From: Candidatus Entotheonellaceae bacterium
Lineage (GTDB): Bacteria; Tectomicrobia; Entotheonellia; Entotheonellales; Entotheonellaceae
Reading direction: 5' to 3'
Assembly (NCBI GenBank): GCA_965238075.1
Contig: OZ250173.1
Coordinates: 736,001 to 800,000, forward strand
Length of the DNA: 64,000 bases
Each line of letters starts with the position of its first letter. The first letter of the stretch is position 1. Below, piece by piece: positions 59,849 to 64,000 of the stretch. The position numbers and the translations under genes were made by a program. Under the pieces are notes generated by a model, which saw nothing but the letters and a program-made list of their open reading frames with translations, was not told where the DNA came from and ran no database searches.

Positions 59849-60487
59849 CTAGACGCTGGGACGTTCGGCAAAAATCGGCCCCGTCTCGCGCGTGCGCTTG
59901 AACTCGTAAAAGCCGTCCGTGCGGCCCGCCAGGACCATGGCGTCCCACAGCGCCACGGCAGCCTCGCCGGTCGGCGCCGGGCTGAACACCGGGCCGAAAA
60001 AGCCGGGGCCGCTGCCGCCGTCGAGAACGATCAGCGGCACACCGACGTCGGTACCGGCCTTGGCGGTGGCGTTCTCCATGTCCTTTTTGATCACCTCGTC
60101 CCATCCCTCGTCGTCCGCAGCGGTGGCGAAATCCGTGGAGAAGCCGCAGGTATCGAGGATGGATGCCAGCTCGGGCACTTGGCCAATGTCCACCTCATCG
60201 TGGTGCCAGCGGGCGCCCATGACGGTATACAGCTTGCCGACTGCCTCCTCGCCGAGATCCTGGCGCACCGCCGCGGCGACGCGCAGGGCGCGCAGGCCCA
60301 TCAGGTGCCGGGGGCCGAATTGCGGCGGCAGGTCGCGGCCCTCGTTGATTTTCTTCAGGCTGAACAATTTCCAGTGCACCTTGATGTCCTTGTGCCGCCC
60401 GACATCTTCCATCCAGCGGGCCGTGATCCAACACCAGGGACAAACCGGGTCCCAGTAAAACTCAACCGCGTCTTTCGCTTCCGCCAT
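59849..60487 (-). CDS. DsbA-like thioredoxin-fold protein (Rv2466c-like)
   Basis: FYWDPVCPWCW, DVGVP, FFGPV, FYEFKR.R; GGAG RBS. Confidence 0.88.
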   Translation of the reverse strand: MAEAKDAVEFYWDPVCPWCWITARWMEDVGRHKDIKVHWKLFSLKKINEGRDLPPQFGPRHLMGLRALRVAAAVRQDLGEEAVGKLYTVMGARWHHDEVDIGQVPELASILDTCGFSTDFATAADDEGWDEVIKKDMENATAKAGTDVGVPLIVLDGGSGPGFFGPVFSPAPTGEAAVALWDAMVLAGRTDGFYEFKRTRETGPIFAERPSV

Positions 60488-60641
60488 CTCTCTTTTCTCC
60501 TTGTAGATTCGCGTCATGGACGGGCATGCCGCTGCAGCCCGGCGCGAAAGACTACCATATTGCCCCGGCGGAAGTAAGGCGGTAGGCTGCAGGTTCGTTG
60601 TCATTCAGGTTGGCCCTACCCCATCTGCGTAAGGAATCCAG

Positions 60642-63608
60642 GTGAGCGACAGGCACCCGCCCGACGTTTTCTCCGCCCCGGTGTCTCGGCCCGACTCGAT
60701 GGCCGATTACGTCGAGTTCCTCAAGACAGGCGTGCTGAAAGACGCCCTTGTTCATCACACCACCCTTCCGGCACGGCCGCGCCGGCTGGCGCCGCCGCTG
60801 CGGCGCTTTCCCAGGGCGGTGGCCGACATTCTCCAGGCCGCTGGGGTGACGTCCCTGTACAGCCATCAAGCCGAGGGCATCAGCAAGGCGCTGGACGGCG
60901 AGAACGTCGTGGTGGCGACGCCGACGGCCAGCGGCAAGACCCTGGTCTACAACGTGCCGGTCATCACCACGCTGCTGGAGAACCCCGACGCGCACGCGCT
61001 CTATATCTTCCCGCTCAAAGCCCTGGTGCAGGATCAGCACGACGAACTGCACACCCTGCTGCAGCGCCTTGGCCGCGGCCTCAGCGTCGAGATCTACGAT
61101 GGCGACACCCCGGCGCATCGGCGCCGGCAGATTCGCGGCGCGCCGCCGAACGTGCTCATCACCACACCGGATATGCTGCACGCCGGTCTGTTGGCATTCC
61201 ACGAGGCATGGGCAGGGTTCTTTGCGCGGCTGCGCTACGTGGTGATTGACGAATTGCACACCTACAGCGGGGTGTTCGGCACCCACGTGCTGCACCTGCT
61301 GCGACGGCTGAACCGCCTGTGTGCCGCGTATGGCAGCCGGCCGGTGTACATGACCAGCTCAGCCACCATCGGCAATCCCGGGTATCTGGCCAGCACCCTG
61401 GTGAACCGGCCGTTTCACACCGTTTCCGACAATGGCGCCCCGGCCGCGGCGCGGCACGTGGTGTTCGTCAATCCGCCCGAAAGCCCGCAGGTCCTGGCCG
61501 CCCGCCTGCTGCGGATGAGCGTGACGAACGGGCTACGCACGATCGTCTTCACGCGAGCGCGGGTGGTCACGGAACTCGTCTACCGCTCGGCAACCCAGCA
61601 GCATCCCGAACTCCGCGAGGTCATCTCCTCGTACCGCGCCGGATACCTGCCCGAGGAGCGGCGCCAGATCGAAGCCGCCCTGCATTCGGGCGAGTTGCTT
61701 GGCGTCGTGTCTACCTCGGCCCTGGAACTGGGCATCGACATCGGAAACCTGGACGTGTGCATTCTCGTCGGTTACCCCGGCTCCATCGTCAATACCTGGC
61801 AGCGCGCCGGGCGAGTGGGGCGCGGCGGACGCGAGGCACTGATCATCCTCATCGCCGGCCGGGACGCCCTCGATCAGTTCCTCGTCAAATACCCCGAACA
61901 CTTCCTCGGGCGCAGCGTCGAGGATGCGGTGGTGGACCCGGCCAACGCCTACATCCTCAAGGACCACCTGGCGTGCGCCGCCCGCGAGACGCCGTTGAGC
62001 CGCGACGAGCCCGAGTATGCAATCCCCGGTTGGCGGACGGCGGTAGACGAGTTGGTGCGCGACGGCGTGCTCCTGCAGAGCGCCGATGGCGACACTTGGC
62101 ACGCCGCCCGCAAGCAGCCGCACCGCCGGGTCAATCTGCGCAGCATCGGCGCATCGTGGACCCTGTACGACCGCAGCACCGGGGCGCCCATCGGCACAGT
62201 GAGCGGCGGGCAGGTATACGGCGAGTGCCACGACGGCGCCGTCTACCTGCATCGCGGCCGCCAGTACCTCATCACCGGACGCGACCCGGCCAAGGGGCAC
62301 ATCCACGCCGATGCGGTCGAGGTGCCGTATTACACCCGCGCCAAAACGGAGAAGGAAACGGAAATCCTGGACACCCTGCGCTCGCGCCCGATGCCGGGAT
62401 TTCTGTCCAAACTGGGACGCCTCAAGGTGCGCTCCCAGGTGGTGGGCTACGAGAAGATTCGCGTGCGCGACGGCGCCATGATCAGCCAGCACCCACTGGA
62501 ATCGCCGGTCCAGCACCTGGAGACCATCGGCTTCTGGCTGGAATTGGAGCCGCAATACCAACGAGACCTGAAACGGCACGCCTTCCACTACATGGGCTCG
62601 ATCCACGCCATCGAGCACGCCATGAAGTCGCTCTACCCGCTTCTGGCGTTGAGCAATCGCACCGACGTCGGTGGCATCTGCTACCCGCTGCACCCGCAAT
62701 TGGGCAAGGGCGCCATCTTCGTCTACGACTACTACCCCGGCGGCATCGGCCTGGCCGAGAAAGGCTTTGTGATGCTTGACCGGCTGCTGGACATGACCCT
62801 GGACCTGGTCGAAACCTGCGATTGCGAGCGCGGCTGCCCGTCGTGCATCCACTTTCCCACCTGCGGCGCCGGCAACGTGCCGCTCGACAAGGCGGGCTGT
62901 CTCCACCTGTTACGCATTCTGACCGGCCGCGAGCGCCTTGATCTCAGCAGTCAGTCGTTCGTCGAAGACGCTGACGAGGCACCCATCTTCGCGGCTTGGG
63001 AAGTCGTCGAAGCCATACCGGAGGAACCGCTCCCACAAGGCCCGCACCTCGTGGTGTTCGATCTCGAAACCCAGCGCAGCGCCGCCGAAGTCGGCGGCTG
63101 GAACCGCGCTTACCTCATGGGCATGTCCCTCGGCATCGTCTGGGACAGTCACCAACAAGTCCATACCACCTATTTCGAGGACGACGTTGAAGCCCTTCTG
63201 CACCACCTGCAGCGCGCCGACCTGGTGATTGGCTTCAACGTCATCGGCTTCGATTACAGCGTGCTGCGCGGCTACACCCCCTTTGACTTTGGCCAACTCA
63301 ACACCCTCGACATCCTGCGCGACGTCCACGCCCAACTCGGCTATCGCCTCAGCCTCGACGCCCTCGGCACTGCCACCCTCAACACCCCCAAATCCGCCGA
63401 CGGCTTGCAAGCCTTGCAATGGTACAAAGAGGGCCGCCTCGACCTCATCGAAACCTACTGTAGGCAAGACGTCGACCTCACCCGCGACCTCTTCCGCTAC
63501 GGCCTCACCCACGGCCATCTCCTGTTCGACCGTAAAGGCGAAGGCCGCCTGCGCGTGCCGGTGGATTGGGAGCTCGATAAGCTGGTGCAAAGGGGGCGGG
63601 AAACGTAG
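60642..63608 (+). CDS. DEAD/DEAH helicase, MrfA/Hrq1/SftH type (DUF1998), fused to an RNase_H_2 (DEDD) exonuclease domain
   Basis: PTASGKT, DELH, SAT, ALELGIDIG, QRAGRVGR, HAIEH, C.C..GCPSC; then VFDLETQ, GFN..FD, KSADG, YC.QDV. Confidence 0.93.
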   Translation: MSDRHPPDVFSAPVSRPDSMADYVEFLKTGVLKDALVHHTTLPARPRRLAPPLRRFPRAVADILQAAGVTSLYSHQAEGISKALDGENVVVATPTASGKTLVYNVPVITTLLENPDAHALYIFPLKALVQDQHDELHTLLQRLGRGLSVEIYDGDTPAHRRRQIRGAPPNVLITTPDMLHAGLLAFHEAWAGFFARLRYVVIDELHTYSGVFGTHVLHLLRRLNRLCAAYGSRPVYMTSSATIGNPGYLASTLVNRPFHTVSDNGAPAAARHVVFVNPPESPQVLAARLLRMSVTNGLRTIVFTRARVVTELVYRSATQQHPELREVISSYRAGYLPEERRQIEAALHSGELLGVVSTSALELGIDIGNLDVCILVGYPGSIVNTWQRAGRVGRGGREALIILIAGRDALDQFLVKYPEHFLGRSVEDAVVDPANAYILKDHLACAARETPLSRDEPEYAIPGWRTAVDELVRDGVLLQSADGDTWHAARKQPHRRVNLRSIGASWTLYDRSTGAPIGTVSGGQVYGECHDGAVYLHRGRQYLITGRDPAKGHIHADAVEVPYYTRAKTEKETEILDTLRSRPMPGFLSKLGRLKVRSQVVGYEKIRVRDGAMISQHPLESPVQHLETIGFWLELEPQYQRDLKRHAFHYMGSIHAIEHAMKSLYPLLALSNRTDVGGICYPLHPQLGKGAIFVYDYYPGGIGLAEKGFVMLDRLLDMTLDLVETCDCERGCPSCIHFPTCGAGNVPLDKAGCLHLLRILTGRERLDLSSQSFVEDADEAPIFAAWEVVEAIPEEPLPQGPHLVVFDLETQRSAAEVGGWNRAYLMGMSLGIVWDSHQQVHTTYFEDDVEALLHHLQRADLVIGFNVIGFDYSVLRGYTPFDFGQLNTLDILRDVHAQLGYRLSLDALGTATLNTPKSADGLQALQWYKEGRLDLIETYCRQDVDLTRDLFRYGLTHGHLLFDRKGEGRLRVPVDWELDKLVQRGRET

Positions 63609-63644
63609 GGATACGGGGTTTGGCGCCATCCTGGCCGTTGACGA

Positions 63645-63989
63645 TCAGGCCACGGAAGTGCCGTTGGCGACCGGAAACGACGGGTGCAGAAGCACCACAC
63701 CCTCATCCTCGCTGACGGTGCCGAGCACCAGCACCTCGGACCTGATGCCCGCCACCCATTTGGGCGGGAAGTTCATCACCGCCACGACCTGTCGCCCTAT
63801 CAGGCCCTGCGGCGTGTAGTGACGGGTAATCTGTGCCGAGCTTGTTCGCAGCCCAAGCGGCCCGAAATCGATCCGCACCACGTAAGCCGGCACCCTCGCC
63901 TTCAGGTTCGGCGCTGCCTCGACGATGGTGCCGGCGTGGATTCGAATGCGTTGAAATTCCTCGAAGGTAACTTCCTCGCCTGCGTCCAT
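63645..63989 (-). CDS. csaA: tRNA-binding/export chaperone CsaA
   Basis: PAY...IDFG, SSAQIT, NFPPK, SEVLVLG. Confidence 0.92.
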   Translation of the reverse strand: MDAGEEVTFEEFQRIRIHAGTIVEAAPNLKARVPAYVVRIDFGPLGLRTSSAQITRHYTPQGLIGRQVVAVMNFPPKWVAGIRSEVLVLGTVSEDEGVVLLHPSFPVANGTSVA

Positions 63990-64000
63990 TTTTGCTCCTG

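Noticed and set aside
60642-63608. DISARM/Druantia defence system
   Set aside because: No partner methylase, PLD or other defence genes; the context is housekeeping.

Overview
High-GC (roughly 65% by eye) bacterial chromosome segment, densely coding, with about 55 genes or gene relics. I found no rRNA, tRNA or CRISPR array. Housekeeping genes: class I lysyl-tRNA synthetase plus folC, pcm, purM, nudC, recQ, a sufR-sufCBD-ferredoxin-sufT-sufE operon lacking sufS, csaA, and a MrfA/Hrq1-type DUF1998 helicase fused to an RNase_H_2 exonuclease. Many orphan catabolic enzymes are present: two ThDP enzymes, two enolase-superfamily dehydratases, a family III CoA-transferase, an LLM monooxygenase, an amidohydrolase and a Co-type nitrile hydratase operon. 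Accessory genes are decaying: two broken NCS2 permeases, a frameshifted higB, a polysaccharide locus collapsed around an IS5 element, and a scrambled transposase tail. At least four families of short palindromic repeats (CGTC-type, GTAG-type, C6-TTGTCA-G6 and CCCTCTCCC-type) fill intergenic gaps and nest inside one another. Most notable: an NCS2 permease fused to an RsbW-like domain, a vapBC pair spliced into the nitrile hydratase operon, a PilY1 lacking its N-terminal domain, nested REP hairpins, and an orphan 813-aa membrane protein near a lone phage-type gene. The gene mix suggests a sponge-symbiont-like lineage such as Tectomicrobia; this is inference only. All calls come from motif recognition by eye; no database was searched.
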